From NCBI GenBank assembly GCA_965237415.1, contig CBDEFM010000002.1, forward strand, positions 64,001 through 128,000: DNA of 64,000 nt, given 5' to 3'. This document shows, piece by piece, positions 39,633 to 50,428 of the stretch (the first letter of the stretch is position 1; each line of letters starts with the position of its first letter). The notes under the pieces were generated by a model. That model ran no database searches and had not been told where the DNA came from. It saw only the letters and a list, made by a program, of their open reading frames with translations. This stretch comes from Alphaproteobacteria bacterium (lineage in GTDB: Bacteria > Pseudomonadota > Alphaproteobacteria > UBA828). The translations under genes were made by a program, and so were the position numbers.

Positions 39633-40032
39633 CTAACAGGCTGGGAAAAAAGCCGCTTCAGTCGGGCCTCGATGGGGGCTTTGCAGCCTGAGCCCGTTGG
39701 ACACGTTGATTTCGTCTGATCGGCGGGTTTCGTGGTTCTGGCACCACAGGTCTCGCGTGGGGTATGTCCGATTATCTGTGTAAGCGGCGCCATGGTCCGC
39801 AGCGTGCCAGTCGGACGATCCCCGGTCTCGACGCTCATGCCGCTGCCCCCATTAGCTTCGGCAGGCGGATCAGATCGTAAGCCGCGAGCGCCAGGGTTAA
39901 TTGCCAATCGACCTGCCCCAGCCCCCGATGCCGGGTCTTTGAGAGACCGGCCACAGTCTTCACCCAAGCGAAGACCTCTTCGATGCGCTTGCGACGGACC
40001 TGGCTCGTCCGATAGGGAGCGCTCGCCGCCAC
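39633..40032 (-). pseudogene. IS5-family transposase C-terminal remnant with right end
   Basis: SQVRRKRIEEVFAWVKTVAGL.KTRHRG...AAYDLIRLPKL; terminal CTAACAGGCTG.GAAAA. Confidence 0.7.
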
Positions 40033-40463
40033 CTCGTCCTCGAGTTCGCCCCCTTGTCAGGCACCAACTTGTGTAAGCCTTCGGTCGTCGGGTGATAGAT
40101 TGCCTGGACTGATGTCGAGAGGGTCCGCTGAGCGGGAAGATCGCTTGGCTGCCCCGGCCTGCGCCACCCGCCAGCCGAACGGTCACCGCTCACGTCGGCT
40201 GCGCCGCGATCTGCCGTAGACAATCTCCCGCCGGGATACGCATGAGTTCGAATGAATCCGCTGACGATACGCTTACGCAAATTGTGACGAACCATTTGAT
40301 AAGAGCAGTGATGAAAAAGAAAACTCAATGAATCCAACGCCAAAGGGATGCCATCGTGGACGAACCACGGATAGGCGAGTCAAGTGGGTCGGGGTGAGGA
40401 GGGGCGGCGCGCAGGCCGCGGCCGCAGTGAGAGAGTCGGGCTGAGCCCCGCGAAGGCAGGCGC

Positions 40464-41111
40464 TCAGAACGCTGCGAGCGCGTCAGCGATCGGCGTCTCG
40501 CCTCCGATCATCTCGAAGGTCTTCTCGATGGTGTTGTCGAGGGCGAGGCAATCCACCAGCACCCGCGCCACGTCCTCGCGGGTCACCGTGTGGGTCTCCT
40601 TGGCGAGGGGGCCGAGGTCGTCGCCCGTGGCGATGGCGCCGGTGCCCGGCTCGTTGGTGAGGAAGCCCGGCCGCACGATGGTGTAGTTGAGGCCGCTCGC
40701 CTGCAGGTGCCGGTCGGCGGTCGCCTTTGCCCTGAAATAGTGATGCAGGCTCTCGGGCCCGCGTTCCGGCGCATCGACGGCGATGGAACTCAGCATGACG
40801 AAGCGGCGGGCGTTCATGCGCACGCAGGTCTCGATGAAGGCCATCGCGCCGTTCTGGTCCACGTCGGTGGTCTTCTCCGGCCCGGTCTTGGAGCCCGAGC
40901 CCGCGGCGAAGATGGCGCCCCGGCAGCCGCGAACGGCATAGCCGACCGGCTTCTCCAGATCGCCAATCCGGCATTCCGCGCCGAGCGCCTCAAGTTCGTC
41001 GCGCTGGGCGAAGTCCCGGATCATGGCGACCGGCTGGTGCCCGGCCTCCGCCAGCATCCTCAGCACGATCCGCCCGGTGAGCCCGTTCGCGCCCGCAACC
41101 ACAACCTGCAT
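40464..41111 (-). CDS. NAD(P)H-binding atypical SDR
   Basis: VVAGANGLTG, FAAGSG, TIVRPG, REDVA. Confidence 0.9.
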   Translation of the reverse strand: MQVVVAGANGLTGRIVLRMLAEAGHQPVAMIRDFAQRDELEALGAECRIGDLEKPVGYAVRGCRGAIFAAGSGSKTGPEKTTDVDQNGAMAFIETCVRMNARRFVMLSSIAVDAPERGPESLHHYFRAKATADRHLQASGLNYTIVRPGFLTNEPGTGAIATGDDLGPLAKETHTVTREDVARVLVDCLALDNTIEKTFEMIGGETPIADALAAF

Positions 41112-41301
41112 CGCCGCCTCCGTTCTTGCGCGCGCCCGATCATGGCAGACACGCAGAGCTCTTCAAATCCCCGATGATGGCTGCGCCGTCTCCCGATGAC
41201 GGCGTCGGCATTTCGAGTATTCTGTCCGACGAAGGCCGCTGGCGCGCCTCATCGGCGATAGCCTTGCCCGCCTCTCGGAACGGACGAGCCCGTCACGAAG
41301 C

Positions 41302-42324
41302 ATGAAGATTTCGGTGCCTGGCGTCCCGGACGGACTCAAGCCCCAACCGCGTTTCCTCGCGATCTGGCTGGCGCTGGTCGTGCTCATCGTCATCAGCGCG
41401 ATTTTCGTGCCGCGAAGCCTGATGGCCACCTCGATCCTCGCCATCATTCCCTTGGCGGCCTTTCTCTGCCTCGCGTCGATGGGCGAGGCCCTGGTCCTCA
41501 TGGCGCGCGGCATCGACCTCTCGATCCCGGCCGTCATCACGCTCTCCAGCAGCCTGCTTCTCGGCGTCTCCGGCGGCGACGATGCGGCGCTCGGCCAGGC
41601 GGTCGTCGTCGCGCTCGCGGTCTCGGCCGGCGTCGGTGCGGTCAACGGCGTGCTGGTCTCCAACTTCAGGCTCAATCCCCTGGTCGTCACGCTCGCCGTC
41701 GGCACCATCGTGATGGGCGCGGCGATCTGGTACCGGGAAGGGATCGCCCAGGAGTCACGGGTGCCGCCGATCCTCGCGGACTGGGGCGAGACGCGCTTCC
41801 TCTCGATCAACTTCTCGGTGTGGGTGGCGATGGCGCTCGTGCTCGTCTCCACCTTCCTGCTGCGCCTCACCCTCTACGGGCGGCGCTTCATCGCCGTGGG
41901 CGCCAACCCCGTTGCCGCCTGGATCAGCGGCATCGGCGTGAACCGCTACCGTGTCGCGGCGTACGCCTCGGCCGGGCTGCTCTACGGCGTTGCAGGTATC
42001 CTGCTCTCGGCGTTCATCCGCAATCCCACTCTCGATGTCGGCGCCGCCTATCTGCTCGCGCCCATCGCCGCCGCCGTGCTCGGCGGCACTGCGGTGAGCG
42101 GCGGGGTCGGCAGCATGATCGCGGTGGCCGGCGCGGCTTTGTTCCTGACCCATCTCGGGCAGATCCTGAAGATGATGGGGCTCACCACGGCGATCCAGTT
42201 CATGGTCTACGGCGGCGCCATCGCCGTCGGCATGGCGCTCGCCGGCGTCCGCTTCTCCGACCTGCGCGACGCCTGGGCACGGCGGCTGGGCCGCGTCGCC
42301 ACCCCCGGCCCCGAGTCTCCGTGA
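41302..42324 (+). CDS. Ribose-type ABC transporter permease
   Basis: GIDLS, GRRFIAVGANP.AA, IAAAVLGGT. Confidence 0.9.
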   Translation: MKISVPGVPDGLKPQPRFLAIWLALVVLIVISAIFVPRSLMATSILAIIPLAAFLCLASMGEALVLMARGIDLSIPAVITLSSSLLLGVSGGDDAALGQAVVVALAVSAGVGAVNGVLVSNFRLNPLVVTLAVGTIVMGAAIWYREGIAQESRVPPILADWGETRFLSINFSVWVAMALVLVSTFLLRLTLYGRRFIAVGANPVAAWISGIGVNRYRVAAYASAGLLYGVAGILLSAFIRNPTLDVGAAYLLAPIAAAVLGGTAVSGGVGSMIAVAGAALFLTHLGQILKMMGLTTAIQFMVYGGAIAVGMALAGVRFSDLRDAWARRLGRVATPGPESP

Positions 42325-42465
42325 GGCGCCATGGGGCACTTATGCGCGCTTATGCCAAGGCGGAGGGTCTGGTATCTAAGGGATGCATGCCGTGAGCAAC
42401 CCGTTCACGGAATTGATCAGTCTGTATCCTGCTTCACCGACACACAGGCATCGGAGGACACGAAC

Positions 42466-43650
42466 ATGAGCCGTTTGCATTGGATGAGGAACACAGCCGC
42501 CTCGGCGTTGATGGCCGGCACCGTGGCGCTGGGCGCCCAAGGCGGCGCGAACGCCGCCGATCCCGAGCTGATGCTGAAGGCGCTCGGCACCACGGAGGGG
42601 ATCGGCCCCATCGTCACAGCCACCTTCGACCGCGCGAGCGAGGCGCTCAGCGAGGAAGACCGCGCACTGGCACTGAAGTGCTGGCAGGAGCAGGTGTGCG
42701 AGACCGGTCGCGGCGATCTCACCGTGGCACTCGCCGACGGCTTCGGCGAGAACGTCTGGCGCCGCGTGACGCACATGGAGTTCGTCATGCAGGCGCTGAG
42801 CTACCCCGAGGTCAGCAAGATCATCTACACCTCGGCCCGGGGCGATGCCAGCAAGGCGATCTCCGACATGCGGAGCCTGATCGCGCAGGGCGTCGACATC
42901 ATCGTGACCTTCCCCGACGCGGGCCCGGCGCTGCTGCCGACCGCCCAGGAGGCAACCGAGACGGGCATCACCGTGGTCCCCTATATCGCCGGTCTCGGCG
43001 GTACCGCGGGTGAGGACTATCTCACCTTCGTCGCGGAGGACCTGTGCGAGCTGGGCCGCCAGTTCGTCCAGTTCGTGGCCGGCGCCAACAGCGAAGAGAG
43101 CATCGAGATCGTCGAGCTCGGCGGGACGCCCGGCAATCAGCTGAGCGCCGCCTGGCAGGCCTGCTCCGAGGCCGAGATCGAGGGCAACGCCGCCATGACG
43201 CTGCTCGGCAAGGCCGACACCAACTGGACCCAGCAGGGCACCTTCGAGGCGATGTCGAGCTTTCTCTCGCAGAACCCCGATGTCGACGCGGTGCTCTATG
43301 AGTATGCGGACGGCTTCCGCGGCGGCGTGCGCGCCTATGCCGCCGCGGATCGCGCCATGGACGTGATCGTCACGCTGCGTACCGACGAGCAGGGCCTCTT
43401 CTGCGATTGGGAGGAGGTGGGCAACCCGAACTTCCGCATCTTCTTCTCCTCGGGCGGCACCTTCCAGGTCCGTATCGCGCTGACCGCCGCCATGGAGGCG
43501 AGAGGCGGTGCCGAGATCGGCGCCCATGTCGATGTCCCCTTCAAGATGAAGGAAGTGCAGCAGGGCATGTGCGACAAGGCGCTGCCGGATCAGATGCCGG
43601 TCTCCACGCTGGTGGATACCGACATGCTGAACGCGATGTTCAAGGAGTAG
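42466..43650 (+). CDS. ABC substrate-binding protein (type I periplasmic)
   Basis: Signal peptide; ISDMRSLIAQGVDII, GGTPGN; located between permease and ATPase. Confidence 0.85.
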   Translation: MSRLHWMRNTAASALMAGTVALGAQGGANAADPELMLKALGTTEGIGPIVTATFDRASEALSEEDRALALKCWQEQVCETGRGDLTVALADGFGENVWRRVTHMEFVMQALSYPEVSKIIYTSARGDASKAISDMRSLIAQGVDIIVTFPDAGPALLPTAQEATETGITVVPYIAGLGGTAGEDYLTFVAEDLCELGRQFVQFVAGANSEESIEIVELGGTPGNQLSAAWQACSEAEIEGNAAMTLLGKADTNWTQQGTFEAMSSFLSQNPDVDAVLYEYADGFRGGVRAYAAADRAMDVIVTLRTDEQGLFCDWEEVGNPNFRIFFSSGGTFQVRIALTAAMEARGGAEIGAHVDVPFKMKEVQQGMCDKALPDQMPVSTLVDTDMLNAMFKE

Positions 43651-43670
43651 CGGCCGCAACGAACGGCCTC

Positions 43671-43718
43671 ACCGCCGGGCGGGGCAGAAGACACTCTTCT
43701 CCGCCCGGCGGTTTCGTT
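43671..43718 (+). terminator. Stem-loop after the binding-protein gene (terminator or mRNA stabiliser)
   Basis: ACCGCCGGGCGG...CCGCCCGGCGGT followed by TTCGTTTG. Confidence 0.55.
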
Positions 43719-43746
43719 TGAACGCCCGCAGATCGCCGCCGAGAGA

Positions 43747-46320
43747 ATGCCCGAACCATCGCTCCGCCTGTCAGGGATCTCCAAGCGCTTCCCCGGAGTC
43801 CAGGCGCTCCGCGATGTCAGCCTCGACTGCGTGGCCGGCGAGGTCCACGCGGTGCTCGGCGAGAACGGCTCGGGCAAGAGCACGCTGCTCAAGATCGCGA
43901 GCGGCGCGCTGGCGGCGGACGACGGCACGGTCGAAATCCTGGGCAATCGGCTGGCCTCGGCGGACACGTCGCAGGCCCAGCGCTTTGGGCTCGCCACCGT
44001 TTATCAGGACAACTCGCTCGTGCCGGAGCTCACCGTCGCCCAGAACCTCTACATCGGCACGGTCGGTCAAACGCTGCCCTATCGCCGGGTGCAAGCCTGG
44101 GCCGAGGAGCAGCTCGCGCCATACGATCTCGCAATAGACGGCGCCGCGCGCGTCGCCGATCTCTCTCCGGCTCAACGACAATTCCTGGAGGTGGTGAAGG
44201 CTCTAGTTTGGAAGCCCAACGTGCTTCTGCTCGACGAGCCGACCGCGTCGCTCGACGTCAACGACGTGGACACCCTCCATCGCATCGTCCGCGGGATCGT
44301 CGCCGAAGGGACGACTGTCGTCTATGTCAGCCACCGGCTCCCGGAAATCCTTTCCCTCGCTCAGCGCGTGACCGTGCTGCGCGACGGCGAGGGGCAGGGC
44401 ACCTTCGAAACGCACGCGCTCTCGGAGGACGACCTCATCGCGCTCATGGTCGGCCGGCCGATCGAGGCGGAGTTCCCGCCCAGGCGAGGCGCCGAGGTTC
44501 TATCGAGCGAGGTGTGCCTCTCAGTGCAGGCGCTCTCCGGCGACGCGTTCAGTGACGTTGCCTTCGAGGTCCACCGGGGCGAGATCCTCGGCCTCGCCGG
44601 CGCCGAGGGCAACGGGCAGCGCGAGGTGCTTCGCGCCATTGGGGGATTCGAGGACGCGTCCGGCGTCCTCTCCTGCGAGGGCCGGCGCATTCCCCTCGTC
44701 GCGCCGCAGCGCGCGCTCGGCGCCGGCGTGATGATGCTGAGCGGCGACCGGGCGGTCGAGTCCATCTATCCGGCCATGAGCGTGCGCGAGAACATCACGA
44801 TCCAGGTTCTCAAGGACTTCGCGACCGCAAGCGTGATCTCGGGTCGTAGGGAGCGCGCGCGCACGCGCGCGATGATCGAGGAACTCGACATCGTTACCGC
44901 ATCCCTCGATCAGCCCATCGTCTCGCTCTCGGGCGGCAATCAACAGAAGAGCATGCTGGCGCGGAGCTTCCTGCATGGCGCCAGGGTTGTGCTGATCGAC
45001 GAGCCGACCCAGGGCGTGGATGCGGCCGCGCGCTTCGATATCTATCAGGCGGTTAGGGCCAAGGCCGACAGCGGCACCACCTTCGTCATCAAGTCGTCGG
45101 ACGCGCTGGAGCTCGCGGGTCTCTGCGACCGCGTTCTGGTGTTCTCGCGCGGAAACCTCATCAAGGAGCTGGTGGGCGACGAGGTGAGCGAGGAGAGCAT
45201 CGTTTCTTCGTTCCTGACGTCGCGTGTGGGACGAACGACGGAAGCCTCCGCCACCGCGCCGCCCGCGCCCGATACGCCCGCAGGCTTCGCTCTCATGCGA
45301 GATGTCGGGCGGCTCGCGCTCGCCCGCGATCAGTGGTGGACACCGCTCGGCTTCCTCCTCCTTCTGATCGTCCTGGTCGGCGCCTACGCGTCCAGTCAGT
45401 CCGATGCCTTCCTCTCCCCGCTCAACGGGCGGCACATGCTGCTGGCGACCGCGCCGCTCGCCTTGGTCGCGATGGCCCAGCTGAACGTGCTGCTCGTCGG
45501 CGGGTTCGACATGTCGGTCGGCTCGCTCATGAGCATGACGGTCGTCGCCGCGTCCTTCCTGCTCGGCATGGGGGCGGACATTCCGGTGCTGTTTGGCGGC
45601 ACGCTCGCCTGCCTCGGCGCGGGGCTCGCGGTCGGGGTCATCAACGGGACGATGGTGCGACGGCTCCGGATCAACCCGGTGATCACGACCATCGCCATGC
45701 TGAGCGTGCTGCAGGGCGTGGCACTCCACTTCAGGCCGGTGCCGACCGGCTTGGTGGAGCCCGGCTTCATGGCGGCGCTGCGCACCCGCGTCGATTTCCT
45801 CCCGGTCTCCTTCCTCGGCCTGATCGCGATCGCCGTGCTGGGCGATCTCTGGCTCTACCGCACCAAGAGCGGGCTCAAGCTTCGGGCCGTCGGCTTTTAC
45901 GAGGAAGCCGCGCGGCGCAACGGCATCAAGACCGGCTTCGTGCATTTCCGCGCCTATGTGATCTCGGGTGGGATCGCGGCGCTGGCCGGGCTCTTTCTCA
46001 GCACCGAGGTGGGCGTCGGGCACCCGACGGTGGGCGCCACCTACACGCTGACCAGCATCGCCGCGGCGGTGCTGGGCGGCGCTGCGCTCTCAGGCGGGCG
46101 CGGCTCCTATTCCGGCGCGCTGCTCGGCGCGCTCTTCTTCACGCTGATCGTCAACATCATGCCGTTCCTCGCGGTCAATACCGCACTCGGCGTCATCGTC
46201 AGCGGTGCATTGACTCTGCTTGCCGTCCTTCTCTATTCCGGGCGTCTGCCGACCGGCCGCGTGGGTCATCTCTTGCGCGTCCTTGCCGAGCGCCGCTCCA
46301 CTCCAACATCACGGGTATGA
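43747..46320 (+). CDS. Fused double ABC ATPase + permease (sugar type)
   Basis: GENGSGKS, LSGGNQQK, DEPTQGVD, followed by a permease domain (GGFDMSVG, IAAAVLGG). Confidence 0.92.
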   Translation: MPEPSLRLSGISKRFPGVQALRDVSLDCVAGEVHAVLGENGSGKSTLLKIASGALAADDGTVEILGNRLASADTSQAQRFGLATVYQDNSLVPELTVAQNLYIGTVGQTLPYRRVQAWAEEQLAPYDLAIDGAARVADLSPAQRQFLEVVKALVWKPNVLLLDEPTASLDVNDVDTLHRIVRGIVAEGTTVVYVSHRLPEILSLAQRVTVLRDGEGQGTFETHALSEDDLIALMVGRPIEAEFPPRRGAEVLSSEVCLSVQALSGDAFSDVAFEVHRGEILGLAGAEGNGQREVLRAIGGFEDASGVLSCEGRRIPLVAPQRALGAGVMMLSGDRAVESIYPAMSVRENITIQVLKDFATASVISGRRERARTRAMIEELDIVTASLDQPIVSLSGGNQQKSMLARSFLHGARVVLIDEPTQGVDAAARFDIYQAVRAKADSGTTFVIKSSDALELAGLCDRVLVFSRGNLIKELVGDEVSEESIVSSFLTSRVGRTTEASATAPPAPDTPAGFALMRDVGRLALARDQWWTPLGFLLLLIVLVGAYASSQSDAFLSPLNGRHMLLATAPLALVAMAQLNVLLVGGFDMSVGSLMSMTVVAASFLLGMGADIPVLFGGTLACLGAGLAVGVINGTMVRRLRINPVITTIAMLSVLQGVALHFRPVPTGLVEPGFMAALRTRVDFLPVSFLGLIAIAVLGDLWLYRTKSGLKLRAVGFYEEAARRNGIKTGFVHFRAYVISGGIAALAGLFLSTEVGVGHPTVGATYTLTSIAAAVLGGAALSGGRGSYSGALLGALFFTLIVNIMPFLAVNTALGVIVSGALTLLAVLLYSGRLPTGRVGHLLRVLAERRSTPTSRV

Positions 46321-46324
46321 GGTC

Positions 46325-47998
46325 ATGACAGAGCTCTTGCCAATCGCGGAACGAGAATCCGCCCGCCCAGCCGCTGCGCGCGGACCCTACGACGGCGCCT
46401 TCGACATCGTGTGCATCGGTGCCGGCGCAGGCGGCCTCGCCACCGCGCTCTTCTCGCGCTGGCTCGGCAACAGCGTGCTGATCCTGGAGAAAGCACCGGA
46501 GATCGGCGGCACGACGCGCAAGGCCGCCTTCTGGTACTGGGTGCCCAACAACCAGGCGATGCGGGACAAGGGCATGGAGGACCCGCGCGAGGATTGCCTG
46601 CGCTACATGGCGCGACTTTCCCGCCCGGAATGCTACGACCCCACGGACGAGCGTCTCGGCATGCCCGCGTGGGAATACGCGATGTTCGAGGCGATTTACG
46701 ACAACGCCTCGACGGCGACCGAGCTCCTGAAGGAGAAGGGCGCGCTCGACTATCGGCACTGCGACTTCGTGCCGGACTATTGGGCCGAGCTGCCGGAGGA
46801 CAAGGCGCCCACAGGCCGCGTTCTGGTCCCTGTGGACGCGAGGGACACGATGTCGGACGGCGGCCTCCGCGCCGTGGAGTCGATGTCGCGTGCGGCCCAA
46901 GAGGCCGGCGTCGATATCCGCACCGGGCATCGGGTGCAGCGCGTCATCCGCAATCTCGCGGGCGATGTCGTCGGCGTCGAGGCCAGCGCCGGCAACGGCA
47001 CGGTGCGGCGCTTCCACGCCCGCAAGGCCGTCGTCTTCTGCACCGGCGGCTTCACCCACAACGTCGAGATCCGCAAGAACTTCCTGAACGTGCCGATCTA
47101 CGGCGGCTGCGCCGCGAAAACCAACGAGGGCGACTTCATCCCTATCGCCGGCGGCATGGGCGCGCAGCTGAGGAACATGAATTATGCCTGGATGTGCCCC
47201 GTCGTCCTTGAGAAGGCGATTGCCGGCGATCCCACGCTGATCGGCACCTTCTCCCCCTCCGGCGATTCGATGATCTATGTGAGCAAGCAAGGCCATCGGG
47301 TCGCCAACGAGAAGCTGGCCTACAACGAGATGGCGCAAAAGTTCTTCGAGTGGGACCCGACGGCCGGGGCGTATCCCAACCTGGTGTTGATCGCGGTCTG
47401 GGACCAGCGAAGCCAGGATCACTGCGCGAGCGACGAATACGGCCGCTTCATCGTGCCGCCGGGGGTGGACGATGCCCACGTGATCAAGGGCGAGACCCTG
47501 GGCGCGCTGGGCCAGGCCATCGACGAGCGACTCGCACTCTACGAGGCCGAGACCGGCGGTATCCGGCTCTCCGCCGATTTCGAGGCCAATCTGGAGGCGG
47601 CCATCGCGCGCTTCAACGGCTTCGCCGAGACTGGCAAGGACGCCGACTTCCACCGCGGCGAACGACAGGTTGAGCAGCTCTTCAATGGGCCGGTGGCGGA
47701 ATCGCCGTCAGCGCCCAACCCCACGATGTATCCGATCAGCGACCAGGGCCCTTACTATGCGGCACTGCTCTCCGGCGGGACCCTCGATACCAAGGGAGGC
47801 CCCAAGGCCACGCCCACTGGAAAGGTCCTCGACGATACCGATGCGCCGATCGCGGGGCTCTACGGCGTCGGCAACTGCGTCGCCTCGGCCTCGGCGCGCG
47901 CCTACTGGGCCGGCGGCGCCACTCTGGGGCCGATCCTGGCCTTCGCCTATCTGGCCGCGAACGAGGCCGACCGCGAGTCGCCGAAGCTCACCAACTAG
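46325..47998 (+). CDS. FAD-dependent oxidoreductase (KstD/fumarate reductase flavoprotein superfamily)
   Basis: IGAGAGG, EK...GGTT, CTGGF, LDTKGG, GLYGVGN, YWAGGATLG. Confidence 0.88.
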   Translation: MTELLPIAERESARPAAARGPYDGAFDIVCIGAGAGGLATALFSRWLGNSVLILEKAPEIGGTTRKAAFWYWVPNNQAMRDKGMEDPREDCLRYMARLSRPECYDPTDERLGMPAWEYAMFEAIYDNASTATELLKEKGALDYRHCDFVPDYWAELPEDKAPTGRVLVPVDARDTMSDGGLRAVESMSRAAQEAGVDIRTGHRVQRVIRNLAGDVVGVEASAGNGTVRRFHARKAVVFCTGGFTHNVEIRKNFLNVPIYGGCAAKTNEGDFIPIAGGMGAQLRNMNYAWMCPVVLEKAIAGDPTLIGTFSPSGDSMIYVSKQGHRVANEKLAYNEMAQKFFEWDPTAGAYPNLVLIAVWDQRSQDHCASDEYGRFIVPPGVDDAHVIKGETLGALGQAIDERLALYEAETGGIRLSADFEANLEAAIARFNGFAETGKDADFHRGERQVEQLFNGPVAESPSAPNPTMYPISDQGPYYAALLSGGTLDTKGGPKATPTGKVLDDTDAPIAGLYGVGNCVASASARAYWAGGATLGPILAFAYLAANEADRESPKLTN

Positions 47999-48177
47999 GG
48001 CACCCGCCCGGACATCTGCTAGTCATCTGGCACTGAAGTTGAGATCATTATAGATTAGCAGTGCTGCCACACTAAGTCGCTCTATTGTCGAAGAATTTAG
48101 TCGTTCAACATAGTTAGCTTTATGTGGCGAACTTCAGATTCAGGTGACTAGAGACTGAACGCGCAAGGAGGAACAGC

Positions 48178-48642
48178 ATGGCTCTCACCACACAAACGAT
48201 GACCGACGAGCAGCGCAAGTCGGTCGCTATCGAATACCTCAAGGCCTTCGACAATGGGGGCGTGACGTCGACCGGCGGCAGCATCCTCGACCTGTTCGCC
48301 GACGATGCCCAGGTCTATTTCCCGAAATGGGGCATCGCGACCGGCAAGGAGCAGATCACCCAGTTGTTCACCGACGTGGGCGGCACCATCAAGTCGATCG
48401 AGCACCACTACTCGCACTTCAACTGGATTTTCTCCGGCAGCGACTACGTCGTGGCCGAAGGCACCAGCCACGGCGAGCATCGCGACGGCCCCTGGCGCGC
48501 CGGCGTGCCGGAATCGGGCGCGGGCCGCTGGTGCGATGTGTTCGAGATCCGCGACTGGAAGATCCAGCGCTGCTTCATCTACCTCGACCCCGACTACGCA
48601 GGCGGGGATAGGGCGCGCTACCCGTGGCTCGCCGACAAGTAG
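48178..48642 (+). CDS. SnoaL/NTF2-like protein
   Basis: LFADDA.VYFP, VVAEG, WCDVFEIRDWKIQR..IYLDPD; RBS GGAGG. Confidence 0.85.
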   Translation: MALTTQTMTDEQRKSVAIEYLKAFDNGGVTSTGGSILDLFADDAQVYFPKWGIATGKEQITQLFTDVGGTIKSIEHHYSHFNWIFSGSDYVVAEGTSHGEHRDGPWRAGVPESGAGRWCDVFEIRDWKIQRCFIYLDPDYAGGDRARYPWLADK

Positions 48643-48680
48643 GCGCGCGCAATCGCCTCAACGGGCGAAGGGCCGGGCCG

Positions 48681-49418
48681 CTACGCCTGCCGGCCGCCGT
48701 CGAGCAGGGCGGCGGTAAAGCGGGGGTAGACCCCGGCCAGCGCCGTGCCGACCGGGCCGCGGATGAGCTCCATCGTCTCCGCGCTCGGCTCGGGCGTCAC
48801 GGGCGGGTCTTCGGCACTATCGAAGTCGAAGCCGGTGGCGGCGTGCACCTCGTCGAGGTCGTGGCCGGGGTGCAGCGAGGCGAGGCGGAAGCGCCCGCGC
48901 GCCGCGTCGAAGCGGAAGACGCAGCGGCCGGTCACCAGCGCGTAGGGTCCGCCCGGCCGGTAGACCCCCAGTGGGCTCGTGCCGGGTGCGCTGATGAAAT
49001 CCACCTTGCGCACAAGCGTTCGGGGCGTGTGCTCGATGCGGAACAGGATGACCCGGGGCACCACGAAGTAGAGGTAGGCGGAGCCGTAGGAGCCGGGAAA
49101 GCGCTTGTCTGCCGTGGGGTGCGGGCCGGTCCCCACCAGGTTGATATTGGCGCCGCCGTCGATCTGCACACCGCCCAGGAAGAAGGCGTCGACGCGGCCC
49201 TGGCCGGCGCGGTCGAAGAGCTCCCGGCCACCGTCGGTGAAATCGCTCTGCGCCTGACTACCGAGCAGGCTGACCTCCGGCTGGCCGCCGCCGCGCTCGC
49301 GCGCGAGCAGGGCGGCTGCGCCAGGAATCGGCGACGAGGCCCCGACCGCGACACGGCCGAGGCCTGCCAGCATGCCGGCGATGACCTCGACGAGGAGCGC
49401 GGTCTTTTCCGGGCTCAT
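48681..49418 (-). CDS. CoA-transferase beta subunit (glutaconate/3-oxoadipate type)
   Basis: FFLGGVQIDGGANIN, RFPGSYGS, VDFISAPG, SLHPG. Confidence 0.85.
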   Translation of the reverse strand: MSPEKTALLVEVIAGMLAGLGRVAVGASSPIPGAAALLARERGGGQPEVSLLGSQAQSDFTDGGRELFDRAGQGRVDAFFLGGVQIDGGANINLVGTGPHPTADKRFPGSYGSAYLYFVVPRVILFRIEHTPRTLVRKVDFISAPGTSPLGVYRPGGPYALVTGRCVFRFDAARGRFRLASLHPGHDLDEVHAATGFDFDSAEDPPVTPEPSAETMELIRGPVGTALAGVYPRFTAALLDGGRQA

Positions 49419-50257
49419 TCGGCGGCGATGAGGCTCGCGGTCTCGTCCGTCGTCCCGCCCGTCACATGCACCGCGCAGTAGCGGGCGAAGCCCTCCTCGC
49501 TCGCCGCAAGCCGGGCGTAGTCGGCGAGGTGGGCACGGTCGGGCTCGTAACGGCCGGCGAGGCCCAAGGGCCAAGCGCCGCGCGGAGCTTCGGCGAGCGC
49601 CGTGACGTAGAGCGCCGGCAGGGTGCCTGCCGCCAGCGTCTCGTCGGCCAGCAGGTCGCCGGGCCGCACTTCCTCGACGGTGACGAGTGTCTCCCTGGCC
49701 GCATGGGCCATGGTCACGAGCTCGCGCCGCGCGCCGAGCCACACGTTGCCGTGCTCGTCGGCATAGGGCGCGTGGAAGAGCGCGATATCGGGCCTGAGCG
49801 CCGGCAGCAGGACGATGGGGTCGCCCTCAGCAAGGGGGTTGTCGATGACCTGCCAGTCCGGCCTCGCGCTCAGAAGGTCCGAGCCGATGAGGCCGCGCAA
49901 CGGCATGAAGGGCACGCCCTTCTCGGCCGCCTGGAGCGCGGCGTGAATCGCGGGGCAGGTGGAGTCGCGGATCGCGAGCCGGCCGCCTTCGACCGCTGCG
50001 GTGAAGCGGGGGGCGTTGCCGAGCTCGCCGAGGCTCACCGCCGCGGTCTCGATGGTGGCAACGCAGCCCGCGCCGATCAGGAGGTCCGCCGCGATGCCGG
50101 CCTGCGGCACGGTGACGAGGTGCAGGTCGCGCACCCCGCGCCGCACCAGCGCGCGCACCGCCGCCATCGGCACGAACGAATAGTCCGGCGGCAGCGCCAG
50201 CATGGCGCCGTCCGCGACCCGGCCCGCCAGCCGGTCGAGGGAGAGGGTCTCGGTCAC
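49415..50257 (-). CDS. CoA-transferase alpha subunit
   Basis: DLLIGAGCV, LQAAEKGVPFMP, PALRPDIALFHA..AD..GN. Confidence 0.88.
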   Translation of the reverse strand: MTETLSLDRLAGRVADGAMLALPPDYSFVPMAAVRALVRRGVRDLHLVTVPQAGIAADLLIGAGCVATIETAAVSLGELGNAPRFTAAVEGGRLAIRDSTCPAIHAALQAAEKGVPFMPLRGLIGSDLLSARPDWQVIDNPLAEGDPIVLLPALRPDIALFHAPYADEHGNVWLGARRELVTMAHAARETLVTVEEVRPGDLLADETLAAGTLPALYVTALAEAPRGAWPLGLAGRYEPDRAHLADYARLAASEEGFARYCAVHVTGGTTDETASLIAAE

Positions 50258-50325
50258 GGGCTTCTCACCCTCGCCTCCTAGCGTCCCGTCCCGGACATAC
50301 GCAGCAGCAACGCTGTCCTCCCACC

Positions 50326-50411
50326 GTCATGCCCGGACTTGTTCCGGGCATCTCGTCGTGCGTGGCGAGGTCGGGGCGCCCCTGGATGGCCGGGACAAGC
50401 CCGGCCATGAC
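50326..50411. repeat. REP-like palindromic element, copy 3
   Basis: GTCATGCCCGGACTTGTTCCGGGCATC...GGATGGCCGGGACAAGCCCGGCCATGAC. Confidence 0.85.
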
Positions 50412-50428
50412 GGGAAGGGGACACTGCA

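Noticed and set aside
48028-48043. Sigma-54 promoter TGGCAC-N5-TTGA
   Set aside because: It lacks the conserved -12 GC and has no other support.
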